Part shown: positions 9,992 through 20,107 of the stretch, one piece after another | How positions within the stretch are numbered: the first letter of the stretch is position 1 | How the letters are laid out: each line of letters starts with the position of its first letter | Origin: Campylobacter sp. | Lineage (GTDB): Bacteria; Campylobacterota; Campylobacteria; Campylobacterales; Campylobacteraceae | Assembly: GCF_019423325.1 (NCBI RefSeq) | Contig: NZ_JAHZBQ010000003.1 | Location: 138,601-202,600 of the forward strand | Direction of reading: 5' to 3' | DNA length: 64,000 nt | Program-made: the position numbers and the translations under genes | Notes under the pieces: generated by a model | Database searches by the model: none | Told to the model about the DNA's origin: nothing | Seen by the model: the letters and a program-made list of their open reading frames with translations, nothing else

Positions 9992-11255
9992 CGCCGGCTC
10001 CGATCTGTCTTAAAATCGCGGCGAAATTCGGAAACGACGTCGCGATACAATCGCTATCCTCGATGATCATCCCCGATCTTAAACCCAAAATCGCAAAGCT
10101 CATCGCGATGCGGTGATCGCCACACGGCGTGATGATCGCCGCGTTCGCCTCGCCGCCTTCGATCTGCCAGCCGTCCTGCAGCTCGCGCGCCTTAATACCG
10201 CAAGCGCGAAGCCCTTCGCAGGTTACTTTTATGCGGTCGCACTCCTTTACGCGCAGCTCGGCGGCATTTTTAAGCACGCTAGTTCCTTGTGCGCAGGCAA
10301 AAGCGATCGCAAGCGCTGGCGCTTCGTCTATCAGCCACGAGATATTTTCGCTCACCTCTACGGCGTGAAGCGGCGCGTAAGCAACCTCTATATCGCCGAT
10401 CTGCTCGTAAATTTCGCTCGTTTTATTAAATTTAACCTCGGCACCCATACGTTTTAAAATTTCATACGCCTCTATACGGGTTTTGTTTAGCAGCATATTT
10501 TTTAGCACTATGCGCGAGCCCGGGGTTATCGCTGCGGCGACCGCGAAGAAAAACGCCGAGCTGGGATCGTTTGGGATAAAAATTTCAAGCGGTTTAAGCG
10601 GCGAGCTAAGCGGCGCAACTTCGATCGCAAGACCGTTTCGCGAAATTTGCGCGCCCATCGCTTTTAGCATCCGCTCGCTGTGATCGCGGCTAAGCTCGGG
10701 CTCGCTAAATTTACATCCGCTGCCGCGCAGAGCCGCTAAAATCAAAGCGGTCTTTACCTGCGCGGACGCAATCTTACTTGCGTATTCAAAATACCCAAGC
10801 TTTTGCCCGAGCACCGCAATCGGCGCCTTTTCGCCGCCTGCTCGTCCGTAAATTTTAGCGCCTACTTTGCAAAGCGGATCCGCAACGCGCCTCATCGGGC
10901 GCTCGCTTAGATACCGATCGCCGCACAGCACGAAAAATCCCTCCCGCCCCGCCAAAAAGCCCATAAATAGCCGCATAGCGGTGCCAGAGTTGCCGCAATC
11001 AAGCGGGACGTTCGGCTCTTTGATAGCCTTCGGCGGAGTGATTAAAATTTCGCCCTCTACGCGCTGCACGCAAGCGCCCAAAAGCTCCACGATCTTTAGC
11101 GTATTTTGCGTATCCTCGGCGGCTAGATAGTTTGAAATTTTACTCGTCCCCTCCGCTAGCAGCGAAAAGATCGCCGCACGGTGCGAGATCGATTTATCCG
11201 CGGCGATGTTTGAAATCTCCGCCCGCAAAGGGCCCGCTTGCGCAAAAATCCTCAT
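9981..11255 (-). CDS. aroA: 3-phosphoshikimate 1-carboxyvinyltransferase (EPSP synthase)
   Basis: 424 aa with LDCGNSGTAMR and GDHRIAMSFA motifs. Overlaps the ispH start by 11 nt. Confidence 0.92.
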   Translation of the reverse strand: MRIFAQAGPLRAEISNIAADKSISHRAAIFSLLAEGTSKISNYLAAEDTQNTLKIVELLGACVQRVEGEILITPPKAIKEPNVPLDCGNSGTAMRLFMGFLAGREGFFVLCGDRYLSERPMRRVADPLCKVGAKIYGRAGGEKAPIAVLGQKLGYFEYASKIASAQVKTALILAALRGSGCKFSEPELSRDHSERMLKAMGAQISRNGLAIEVAPLSSPLKPLEIFIPNDPSSAFFFAVAAAITPGSRIVLKNMLLNKTRIEAYEILKRMGAEVKFNKTSEIYEQIGDIEVAYAPLHAVEVSENISWLIDEAPALAIAFACAQGTSVLKNAAELRVKECDRIKVTCEGLRACGIKARELQDGWQIEGGEANAAIITPCGDHRIAMSFAILGLRSGMIIEDSDCIATSFPNFAAILRQIGAGVED

Positions 11256-13582
11256 CGCAGTCCAAGTCCCAGTTCGCTGCTAAGCGCGGCTAAAATTTTA
11301 TCGGTAAAGCCCGCTACTTCCTCATCGCACAGCGTTTTTTGAAGGTCTTGAAATACAAGTCTGATCGTCAGGCTCTTTGAATCGCCCAGGCTTTCGTCGC
11401 TATAAAGATCGCTCGGGATAAATTCCTTTAGCGCCTCGATTTTAAGGGAATCTATGCACTGCTTAATCTGCTCGAAACGCATTCCGCTCGGCACCAAAAT
11501 ACTTAGATCGCGCGATACGCTAGGGAATTTCGAATAAGCGTCCGCTACGATATTTTCAAATTTAAGCTTGGAAAAATCGATCTCGCACAGATAGCTTTTA
11601 TCCAGATCGCGCCCTGCTTCTACGGCGTAATCCACGCGCCCGATAAAGCCCACTATCTGCCCGCCCTGCTCGATCTGCGCCTGCTCGAATTCGCTTAAAA
11701 ATTTCAAATTTTCGCCAGGCAGCCTGACCTTAAATTTACCGATGACGCTTTGGATTAAATTTGCAAAATACAAAAAATCCACCGCAGCGGGTTTTGCGCC
11801 GGCAGCGATAGAGGGCTCCGCCTTTAATCCGCTAGCGATAAAGCCCAGCCTTAGGCTCTGCGCGCCGCTTTCGTCAAAGACCTCTCCTAGCTCAAAAAGC
11901 TTGACGCTTCTGCGAGAATTCTTTAAATTTCGCTCAGCAGATTCCAGCAGATGATTAATCAGCGTCGGTCTTAGCGCGTCCAGCTCGCCGTTTATCGGAT
12001 TTAAAATTTTAACCTTGCACGGCGCAAAGCCTAAGCTTTCTAGCGCCTTGCCGTCGTCAAATACATAATGCACGCACTCGAAAAATCCTACCGCTGCCGC
12101 CTTGCTGCGAAGCTTGCGTCCATTACATAAGCTTACGTAGGTATCGTTTAAGCGGTTTTTTTCGTAGAAGCTTAGCGGTGCGGCGGCGATATTATCGATG
12201 CCTACGATACGCACGATCTCCTCGCAAACGTCGTGGGAATTTACGATATCGTGGCGGAAAGGCGGCACCTTGGCAGTGATAAGATCGGCTTCGACGCCCA
12301 CATCAAAGCCCAGCCTTTTTAAAATTTTTACGATCTTATCGCGCGGAATTTGCGCGCCGATCATTGAGTTTATCTCTTTTTCGCTAAAGCCCACGATAAG
12401 CGGCTCCAAAGCATTTGAAATCTTTTGTGTGCCCGCATATAGGCTAACGGCTTTATTTTTAAGTAGCAATCTAAATAGCAGATCTAGTCCCAGCCTAAGC
12501 TTTGGTTCGCTGCCTCTGCTTGAGCGATACACGTGCTCGTCACCTTTTAGGCTTTTATTTTCGTTTACTGCTTTGGCGATAATTAGTGGCGCGGTATAGT
12601 TTGCCTCTAATAGCACCACTTTGCTACTGCAACATGCCTTTAGCTCCGCGTCTTGGCAAATTCCTGCTACGCTAAGCAGTCTCTTGCCCGCATAAACGCC
12701 GAACTCGCCGTTTGGCATGGGCTTTATGTCAAGCGCCACCTTGCCATCTGCGGAAGCGATCTTTTCAAAATCATAAGCGCGCAGCAATACTCCGGTAGAG
12801 TGAGTAGCGTAGTTGATGAAATTTTGCACCGCGCAGCTTTGCAAAATACCAACGCTTGCAAGACGCAAGGTCTGCTTTAAATTTAACTTCAGCTCGCCTT
12901 TGATCTCATAAGCTCGAAAAGCAAATTTAGCGCTTACCTCATCGCTTGCACGCACGCTTAAAATTCTACCGATACCAGGTGCTCCGTCGGCATCTTCAAA
13001 TTCGTGCTTTTCCTTTAGCGGCAGATCAAGCGCTGCGCCTAGATCGCGCGCTATGCCTAAGATGCTAAGGCAGTCGCCGCGATTAGCGGTAAGCTCAATC
13101 TCGATAAGATCATCATTAAAAATTTCATACTCGCGCAGCTCTTTACCGAGCACGAGCTCGCCGATGCTGCTATCAAGCACCATGATGCCGTCATTCGTCT
13201 TAGCAAGTCCAAGCTCGGTTGCCGAACAGATCATACCAAAGCTCTCCACGCCGCGAAGTTTGGCAGGCTTTATCTCAAGTCCGCCAGGAAGCACGGTACC
13301 GATTAGGCTAACCGCGACATATTGCCCTGCCTCGACGTTTTTTGCACCGCAGACGATCTGCAGACTCTGCTTACCGACATCAACCTCGCAGACATTTAGA
13401 TGATCGGAATTCTCGTGTCGACGCTTGCTTTTTACGAGTCCTACGACGACGCCTTTAGGAAGTGAAATTTCATCGTGAGCGTCAACCTCAAGACCGATGG
13501 AATTTAGCGTAGAAAGTAGCCTTTCGCTTGAAATTTCGCTTATGTCGATCCACTCCTGCAACCAATTTCTCGTTATTATCAT
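11252..13582 (-). CDS. pheT: phenylalanine--tRNA ligase beta subunit
   Basis: 776 aa. N-terminal tRNA-binding OB domain, B3/4-B5 core and a C-terminal FDX-ACB-like domain. 4-nt overlaps with pheS and aroA. Confidence 0.92.
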   Translation of the reverse strand: MIITRNWLQEWIDISEISSERLLSTLNSIGLEVDAHDEISLPKGVVVGLVKSKRRHENSDHLNVCEVDVGKQSLQIVCGAKNVEAGQYVAVSLIGTVLPGGLEIKPAKLRGVESFGMICSATELGLAKTNDGIMVLDSSIGELVLGKELREYEIFNDDLIEIELTANRGDCLSILGIARDLGAALDLPLKEKHEFEDADGAPGIGRILSVRASDEVSAKFAFRAYEIKGELKLNLKQTLRLASVGILQSCAVQNFINYATHSTGVLLRAYDFEKIASADGKVALDIKPMPNGEFGVYAGKRLLSVAGICQDAELKACCSSKVVLLEANYTAPLIIAKAVNENKSLKGDEHVYRSSRGSEPKLRLGLDLLFRLLLKNKAVSLYAGTQKISNALEPLIVGFSEKEINSMIGAQIPRDKIVKILKRLGFDVGVEADLITAKVPPFRHDIVNSHDVCEEIVRIVGIDNIAAAPLSFYEKNRLNDTYVSLCNGRKLRSKAAAVGFFECVHYVFDDGKALESLGFAPCKVKILNPINGELDALRPTLINHLLESAERNLKNSRRSVKLFELGEVFDESGAQSLRLGFIASGLKAEPSIAAGAKPAAVDFLYFANLIQSVIGKFKVRLPGENLKFLSEFEQAQIEQGGQIVGFIGRVDYAVEAGRDLDKSYLCEIDFSKLKFENIVADAYSKFPSVSRDLSILVPSGMRFEQIKQCIDSLKIEALKEFIPSDLYSDESLGDSKSLTIRLVFQDLQKTLCDEEVAGFTDKILAALSSELGLGLR

Positions 13583-14574
13583 TTAAACTGCTCCAATAAT
13601 CTAATATCGCCTTCAAATAGCGAGCGCAGATCGGGGATACCGTGCAGCAGCATCGCAAAGCGCTCCACGCCGAGCCCGAATGCGTATCCGCTGACGTTTT
13701 TCCAGCCCACCGCTTTAAAGACGTTAGGATCGACCACACCGCTGCCTAACACCTCGAGCCAGCCCGTCTGCTTACAGACGCGGCATCCCTCGCCGTGGCA
13801 GAAAATACAGCTGATATCGACCTCAGTGCTAGGCTCCGTAAACGGAAAGAAGCTCGGGCGGAAGCGCACCTTTACGTCTCCAAACATATAGCGCAAAAAT
13901 TCCTCTAAAACGTATTTTAAATTTGCAAAGCTCACGCGGTCTCCCTGCTCGACTACGAGACCTTCTACTTGATGAAACATCGGCGTGTGGGTTAGATCCA
14001 TATCACGGCGAAAGACCGCGCCCGGGGCGATCATACGCACCGGCGGAGCTTTAAATTTCTCCATCGTGCGGATCTGAACGCCGCTGGTGTGCGTGCGTAG
14101 CAGCCGCCCGTCATTTAGATAAAACGTATCTTGCATATCGCGTGCAGGGTGGTATTTGGGTAAATTTAGCGCCTCAAAATTATGGAAGTCATCCTCGATG
14201 AGCGGACCGCTTTCGACGCTGAAATTTTGCGCGATGAAGTAGTCTATGATCTTATCCATCGTCTCCATCACGGGGTGCAGCGCGCCGCAGCTTACGTTTT
14301 CGTTAAAAAGCGTGACGTCGATTGCTTCATTTTTCATCGCCTCTTTTTGCTCTGCTGCTTCCAGGCTCGCCCTTTTTGCAGCGATGAGCTCGCTGAAATA
14401 ATCGCGCTTTTCATTCGCGCTTACGGCAAGCTCTTTTTTCTGCTCGGGCGCTGCGGATTTGAGCTCGGAAAAAAGCGCCGTTATGATGCCTTTTTTGCCG
14501 AAAAGCTCCAAGCGCACGGCTTCCAGCTCGCTTAAGCTCGATGCGGCGTCGATTTTTGCTTTAATCTCTTGCAA
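13579..14574 (-). CDS. pheS: phenylalanine--tRNA ligase alpha subunit
   Basis: 331 aa. Class II aaRS motifs ([26 protein letters not shown]). Confidence 0.93.
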   Translation of the reverse strand: MQEIKAKIDAASSLSELEAVRLELFGKKGIITALFSELKSAAPEQKKELAVSANEKRDYFSELIAAKRASLEAAEQKEAMKNEAIDVTLFNENVSCGALHPVMETMDKIIDYFIAQNFSVESGPLIEDDFHNFEALNLPKYHPARDMQDTFYLNDGRLLRTHTSGVQIRTMEKFKAPPVRMIAPGAVFRRDMDLTHTPMFHQVEGLVVEQGDRVSFANLKYVLEEFLRYMFGDVKVRFRPSFFPFTEPSTEVDISCIFCHGEGCRVCKQTGWLEVLGSGVVDPNVFKAVGWKNVSGYAFGLGVERFAMLLHGIPDLRSLFEGDIRLLEQFK

Positions 14575-14703
14575 ATTCTATCCTTGTGGTTAAATTTAAT
14601 GGCGCGATTGTAGTTAAAATTTGATAAAAGCTAGGTAAATTTGCGTGTTTGGATTTTTTGGCTATAATCGCGGCTAAATTTCAACCTTATAAAAGGATCT
14701 AAA

Positions 14704-15060
14704 ATGAACGTCTTCGAAAAGATCGTAAACGGCGAAATCCCGTGCAACAAAGTGTTAGAGAACGATGAATTTTTGGCATTCCACGACATCAATCCAAAAG
14801 CGCCTATCCACATCCTGGCTATCCCTAAAAAATGCTACGAAAACTTCCAAGTAACGCCTCCCGAGGTGATGGCGAAGATGAGCGCTTTCATCCAAGAAGT
14901 AACCCGAAAAATGGGGCTTGATAAGAGCGGATACCGTCTCGTTTGCAACTGCGGCGAAAACGGGGGCCAGGAGGTGATGCATTTGCACTTCCATATCCTG
15001 GGTGGAATGAAGCTGCCGTGGGACCGCGTAAGCGACCGAAATACCGAAGAGAATTTTTAA
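14704..15060 (+). CDS. HIT-family (histidine triad) nucleotide-binding protein
   Basis: 118 aa with the histidine triad HLHFHILGG. Confidence 0.88.
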   Translation: MNVFEKIVNGEIPCNKVLENDEFLAFHDINPKAPIHILAIPKKCYENFQVTPPEVMAKMSAFIQEVTRKMGLDKSGYRLVCNCGENGGQEVMHLHFHILGGMKLPWDRVSDRNTEENF

Positions 15061-15617
15061 GGCTCGAACCAAATTCTATTAAAATCAAAATTCCGTGAAA
15101 TTGTAAAATTTTACGGAATTTGCGAAATTCTTTGAAATTTTTAAAATTCCGCTTCATTTATAAGCACCGGGACTTTAAAAATAATCAAAATAGTAAAACT
15201 ACAAGCCAAAAAATTTATCATCAGATGCTAAAAAGAAATATAAATTTATCACAGACGATCTCTTAGCAAATGCCATTCTTGAGCTACAAAGCCTTAGTTC
15301 TTAGAATTTTTACAGCTATAAAATTTGAAATCGGCAAGGGAATTTTAACGACGCGGCAAAATTTTAAATGAAACCGAGCTTTATAAAAAGAGTTATACTT
15401 TTACATGGCGAATGAGTTAAATTTCAACGATATGAAATTTAAAACCTACATGAATTTTACTTTAAATGAGCAACTCTACTTCAATTTTCAAGCAAGATTT
15501 AAAATTTTAGTGTGAAATTATAATCTTAGAATTTTAAAATTTTTTGAAATTTAAATATTAACTTTAATAGATTTTAGGGGCATGCGCCCCTAAAAATTTT
15601 GAAAGGATTTGCGGGGA

Positions 15618-16061
15618 TTATTTGCTTAGCATTGAGCTTAGCATCCATAGGCGTTTTTCATAATCGCCATAGTGATCCTGCGCAATATTTGAAGTCGTAT
15701 CGTCGCCCTCTTCTTCGGCTACTTCTTGAAGCTTTTTAAATTCTTTTACCAAATACTCATAGGCTTTTTTAACATCCTCGAGTACCTCAGATACGCTATA
15801 GCTGTCTTTTACGCTAATCGGAGCGTCTTTTGAAAGCTCAATTAGATCCTTAGCCTTAGTTACGGCCTTGCCACCTATTTGAAGCGCGCGCTCGGCCATA
15901 TCGTCGAAGAGCTCGCCCATCTCGTCGTATGCTTTCTCGGTGTAAGCGTGAACCTGCGCGAATTGTAAGCCCTTAACATTCCAGTGATAATCGTGGAATG
16001 CAACAAAGAACGCATGAGCGTCCGCCTGAAGTTTGTTTAGTTGTTTTACCGTTTTTGACAT
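15618..16061 (-). CDS. dps: Dps-family DNA-protection/ferritin-like protein
   Basis: 147 aa. Four-helix ferritin-like pattern with HWNVKG and D..AER ferroxidase-site residues. Confidence 0.85.
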   Translation of the reverse strand: MSKTVKQLNKLQADAHAFFVAFHDYHWNVKGLQFAQVHAYTEKAYDEMGELFDDMAERALQIGGKAVTKAKDLIELSKDAPISVKDSYSVSEVLEDVKKAYEYLVKEFKKLQEVAEEEGDDTTSNIAQDHYGDYEKRLWMLSSMLSK

Positions 16062-16229
16062 TGTGTCTCCTTTATTTAAAATTGCTGTAATTATAGCAAG
16101 ATTTGCTTAAATTATAATTATACTAAGTAATAAATTTTATCTTTTAGTGAAATTTTGAAATTAAATAGCTTTTAAATTTATCTACAATTTTTTTGAAATT
16201 TCAGCTATGCTGCATTATAATGCCGCATT

Positions 16230-17147
16230 ATGAAAAACAAATTTATGATAACCATAACCGACCTTAACGGCTCTAGGAATTTTTTGCTTTCGCAAATCAT
16301 CAAAAAGATCGCGTTATATTTGGTACTATTTGTTTTTACCATTTTCGTTACGGGTGCGCTATATATCAGGTATCTGGGCTCTAAAATCGACAGCCTTTCG
16401 CGAACCAAAACCGAGCTTAACGAGCTAAATCAAAAACTTCGCGACGGTATCGCGGCAAGTCAGATGGAATTTGAAGCCATCGAGGGTAAAATTTCGGATT
16501 TAGAGCATCAGTTTGGGCTCGATCCTGAGGAGGATGAGCGCGCGATCGACCGCCTATCTCACATCAAGACTACTTCCGAACAAGAGATCAAAGAGCGCGC
16601 GCAAAAGATCATCAACGAAAAATTCTCCGACGCGCTGATAAAAGAAATTTTTATGCAGATCCCAAACGGCAGGGTAATGCGCACTCATCAGCTCAGCGAG
16701 AAATTCGGCTGGCGCAACCATCCCATCTTAAAGCGCAAGCAGTTTCACCCGGGCGTTGATCTACGTACGCCGCCTAAAACGCCTATCTACGCGCCTGCAG
16801 ACGGCATCATCCAATACAGCGGCGCTGGCGTTACTGGCTATGGCAATCTAGTCGAGATTCGCCACAACTACGGCTTTACGACACGATATGCGCATTTGGA
16901 TTCAAATTTAACTCGCAAAGTAGGCGAGTTTGTAAACAAAGGCGATCTTATCGCTTTTAGCGGCAACACCGGGCTTAGCACCGGACCTCATCTGCACTAC
17001 GAGATTAGATTTTTGCAGCTGCCGCTAGATCCGCTAAATTTCATCAACTGGAACGAAAAAAATTACAAAGAAATTTTTACTAAGGAGGAAGATGTCCCAT
17101 GGCAATCTTTAATAAAGGCGATGCAAACACCGCTCAAACAACAATAA
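16230..17147 (+). CDS. M23/LytM-family peptidoglycan endopeptidase
   Basis: 305 aa. N-terminal TM helix, coiled-coil segment, and a C-terminal LytM domain with HPGVD ... GNTGLSTGPHLHYEI. Confidence 0.85.
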   Translation: MKNKFMITITDLNGSRNFLLSQIIKKIALYLVLFVFTIFVTGALYIRYLGSKIDSLSRTKTELNELNQKLRDGIAASQMEFEAIEGKISDLEHQFGLDPEEDERAIDRLSHIKTTSEQEIKERAQKIINEKFSDALIKEIFMQIPNGRVMRTHQLSEKFGWRNHPILKRKQFHPGVDLRTPPKTPIYAPADGIIQYSGAGVTGYGNLVEIRHNYGFTTRYAHLDSNLTRKVGEFVNKGDLIAFSGNTGLSTGPHLHYEIRFLQLPLDPLNFINWNEKNYKEIFTKEEDVPWQSLIKAMQTPLKQQ

Positions 17148-17515
17148 TCTCGTCAGGCACGCTCATCAAAGGAGAGCTGCACCTGTCGTGCATTTTGCAT
17201 ATCGATGGCAATGTCGAAGGCGACGTGATCTCCGATAACACCGTCGTCATCGGTAAAAATGGTACCGCGCGCGGCTCGATCAGGGCCAAACATATCGTAA
17301 TCAGCGGCAAATTTTTCGGCAATATCGAAGCCGAGCTCGTCGAGCTGCTAGGCGGCGGTGTGCTCGTAGGCGACGTGCTATCGCAAAGCTTCGGCATCGA
17401 AGTGGGCGCAAAATTTAACGGAAAAAGCGCGGTGAGTGGCGGCGATCAAGCCCTAGTCATCGACGGCAGCGCAAGTGAAGACGTCAAGCTCATCGACAAA
17501 GCTCTAGGCGAATAA
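17099..17515 (+). CDS. bactofilin-family cytoskeletal protein (CcmA-like)
   Basis: 138 aa. MAIFNK start and a repetitive beta-helix pattern (I.G.L......I.G.VEGDV.....V.IG..G...G.I.A). Overlaps the M23 gene by 49 nt. Confidence 0.8.
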   Translation: MAIFNKGDANTAQTTIISSGTLIKGELHLSCILHIDGNVEGDVISDNTVVIGKNGTARGSIRAKHIVISGKFFGNIEAELVELLGGGVLVGDVLSQSFGIEVGAKFNGKSAVSGGDQALVIDGSASEDVKLIDKALGE

Positions 17516-17779
17516 ATCGCACATATTTGGAATTCTTGGAATTTTAAAGGCTTTGAAACTCGCAAAATTTCGGAATTTAAAAGCCTAAAAAATTCCCATA
17601 CTTTGAAATTTTTGAATTTGAAATTTTAAGAATTCTGAATATTTTAAAATTTTCTAAATATGGAATTTATACAAAATTTACTGCAAAAAACGCAGATTTT
17701 AAAATTAAATTTAAAAGCGTAACGAGATCGTTTACAATTTTGACCTCATCGTCGCGCCTACTTTAAAAATTTGGCGACG

Positions 17780-18094
17780 TCATTTTTTAGAATCTTTCGA
17801 GTTAATCATAAATTTATCAATCAAAATAGCTAGCACTACAAATATAATCACGAATGCGATTACGTAGGTAATTTTAAGTTGATCTACTCCTTTCTCAAAA
17901 GCGAGAAAATCTACAACAAAAGATGGATTATAAAAATTTCCAAACAGGGAGGCTAGCGTATTGATGCTATTCATATAAAAACCAGCTCCAAAAAAAGCAG
18001 CCACAAGTGCAATAATAATACCCATCAACCTTTTAGCGTTAGACGACACGGTAAATCCTTTTAAAAAATGTATTTGAAGATTATACCCCCCCAT
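17780..18094 (-). CDS. small integral membrane protein, unknown function
   Basis: 104 aa with two hydrophobic helices. AT-rich. No recognisable family. Confidence 0.4.
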   Translation of the reverse strand: MGGYNLQIHFLKGFTVSSNAKRLMGIIIALVAAFFGAGFYMNSINTLASLFGNFYNPSFVVDFLAFEKGVDQLKITYVIAFVIIFVVLAILIDKFMINSKDSKK

Positions 18095-18449
18095 TAATCT
18101 TAGCTTAAATTACGTACGAAGACGAAGGTAGAAAATTTAAGGATCGGAATTTATATGCAGAATTTAGGCCAGATTTTACCGGACCACCATAAATTTTTTA
18201 AAGAGGATTTTAACGTAAAGTTATAGTAAACTTTAGAATTAAGCTTCAAAAATTTTAGAATTTGCAGGGCAAGCGAATTTATACTTAAAATTTTACTATG
18301 ACAAATATGAATTCTTTTCATAGCGTCTTTTGACTCGTTATAGCTCTTTGTGCCGCTAGCTCAAATATCCGCGAGGTGATAAATTCTGCGGGCTAGGCTA
18401 ATTTAAGCCCATTATTAGATTAGTTATGTATAATGCGACTTCTTTTTGT

Positions 18450-18540
18450 GGACAGATGGGTGAGTGGCCGAAACCACACCCCTGCTAAGGGTGCAGCTTC
18501 TAACCGGGGCTCGAGGGTTCAAATCCCTCTCTGTCCGCCA
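18450..18540 (+). tRNA. tRNA-Ser (anticodon GCU)
   Basis: Hand-folded. Acceptor GGACAGA/TCTGTCC, anticodon stem CACCC/GGGTG with loop CTGCTAA, long variable arm, T arm GAGGG-TTCAAAT-CCCTC, encoded CCA. Confidence 0.9.
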
Positions 18541-18591
18541 CTACCTTAGAATTTAAATCAATAAAATTTCACTTCCGTGATTCAGCTGATT

Positions 18592-19221
18592 TCAGCCGCC
18601 TAGGATACTGCCTAAAAGCAGCACTGGCATCATTAGCGGCATCACGATGAGCCCTTGCATGTCGGTATCCATTTTCGCATCGCGCTCGCTTTTGATACCG
18701 CTATCGACCGCTATACGCGCAGGGTACTCGATCGGCACGCTTAGGCGGTGCGATCTGCGCAGCTCGTCGTGATCTTTTAGGCGCTTAAAATATTTGCCTT
18801 CGATCAGATAAGAGTAACGAAACGTAGAACTATACGCGGGCTCCAGCTGCTCTGGATCATCCATCAGCTTAGCCTGCACGGATAGCGGCAGATCGTATTT
18901 TACGAGCTCGATTTCGTGCTGGATATACGCGGCATTGCTGCCCTCGTTGTATCTGTCGATCGTGAGCATGCTTACGTTGCGCCTTATCGCGTCTTTATTC
19001 AGCGACGCCAGACTCGCGACCTTGGCGCGCACGGCACTAAGATTTGCATCAAATACATAATCGTAAATCTCACCGCTCATACGCAGCTGACCGCCGGACG
19101 CTGCGCTCATCGCGACGATATGCTCGCGCCCTTGCATGTAGCCCGGCAAATTCTTACTCGCGCATCCGCTAAAAACTCCACAGCATAGTGCCAAAACCGC
19201 GCCGCAAATCCAAAATTTCAT
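18592..19221 (-). CDS. lipoprotein, unknown function
   Basis: 209 aa. Lipobox in MKFWICGAVLALCCGVFSGC and a C-terminal hydrophobic helix. Confidence 0.55.
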   Translation of the reverse strand: MKFWICGAVLALCCGVFSGCASKNLPGYMQGREHIVAMSAASGGQLRMSGEIYDYVFDANLSAVRAKVASLASLNKDAIRRNVSMLTIDRYNEGSNAAYIQHEIELVKYDLPLSVQAKLMDDPEQLEPAYSSTFRYSYLIEGKYFKRLKDHDELRRSHRLSVPIEYPARIAVDSGIKSERDAKMDTDMQGLIVMPLMMPVLLLGSILGG

Positions 19222-19493
19222 AAACTTCCTTCGTAAAATTTAAAGACGGATTGTATTAAATTTTGCCTTAACGAAAGTGGAATTTTACGGCGCGGCGGAA
19301 TGGAATTATGTGATAGAATTTTATGGCGGCGACGCGTAGAATTTCACGCGGATTTACATTAGATTTCGATGAAATTTTACTTGTTTCTAGCCTTTATCCT
19401 ATTTGCTATGCCCCAAAAGCAATATTTTTATACAAATAATGTAATTTTTATTAGCTCAATTCGCCTTAATTTAACCATATTAGTAATTTAAAT

Positions 19494-19988
19494 CTATAAA
19501 TCATTCTCTTGCAAATATTGTTTTAACATTTTAATAGCACGCTGCTGCATCGAAACATATTTATTTATAAAATATGCAGAAAGCAAGCTTGAAATAACGA
19601 CGATAACAATCATTGTATACCCCAATCCTGAACGAGTTTCCTCAATGCAAAGCAAAGCTATAAAAAATGGAATAAATGCTGCAATATTACAAACAGTTCT
19701 TATGGCAGACCAAAATAATCTTGATAAACCTCCCATTTCATTCGTAGTTAAATTTTTATAATTGATTACTTTATTCCCATTTGCACATACCACCATTTCA
19801 TCGCCTTGTGATAAAGTATCGTTTTGAATTTTCAGAATAAATTGCCTACCATCTATCCTAAAAGTCGAGCTATACATATTAGAAGTAGATACACCACCCT
19901 TACCATTCCTTACGCTACCACTAACATTCGTTTCTAAATTTGTTCTTAGATTATCTATTATTCCTCTATAAATTTTTAAATCAAACAT
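19494..19988 (-). CDS. hypothetical membrane protein (AT-rich singleton)
   Basis: 164 aa. Soluble N-terminal ~90 aa followed by two TM helices. Visibly more AT-rich than its neighbours. No family recognised. Confidence 0.45.
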   Translation of the reverse strand: MFDLKIYRGIIDNLRTNLETNVSGSVRNGKGGVSTSNMYSSTFRIDGRQFILKIQNDTLSQGDEMVVCANGNKVINYKNLTTNEMGGLSRLFWSAIRTVCNIAAFIPFFIALLCIEETRSGLGYTMIVIVVISSLLSAYFINKYVSMQQRAIKMLKQYLQENDL

Positions 19989-20107
19989 AGTTGCTCCTTA
20001 AATTTTTAAATAGTATTTTATTGCATTCCAACTTAATTTTTAAATAAAATTTTGTATCTGATCACAGCATATAGGCAAAACCACCTATCATCATGGATTG
20101 CGGCGCG

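Noticed and set aside
5799-14535. About 30 ORFs of 60-140 aa lying antisense or out of frame inside serA, rpsA, ispH, aroA, pheT and pheS
   Set aside because: Each is fully contained within a strongly supported conserved gene, and their products are Ser/Leu/Arg-rich with no recognisable motif. The same reasoning applies to similar nested ORFs inside the activase gene, ffh, waaA, glnA, serS and the NSS transporter.
15576-15591. Palindrome AGGGGC-ATGC-GCCCCT as a rho-independent terminator of dps
   Set aside because: A 6-bp stem is present, but neither strand has an immediately following U-run (the flanks are A-rich then T-rich). I have noted it in a finding but not annotated it as a terminator.
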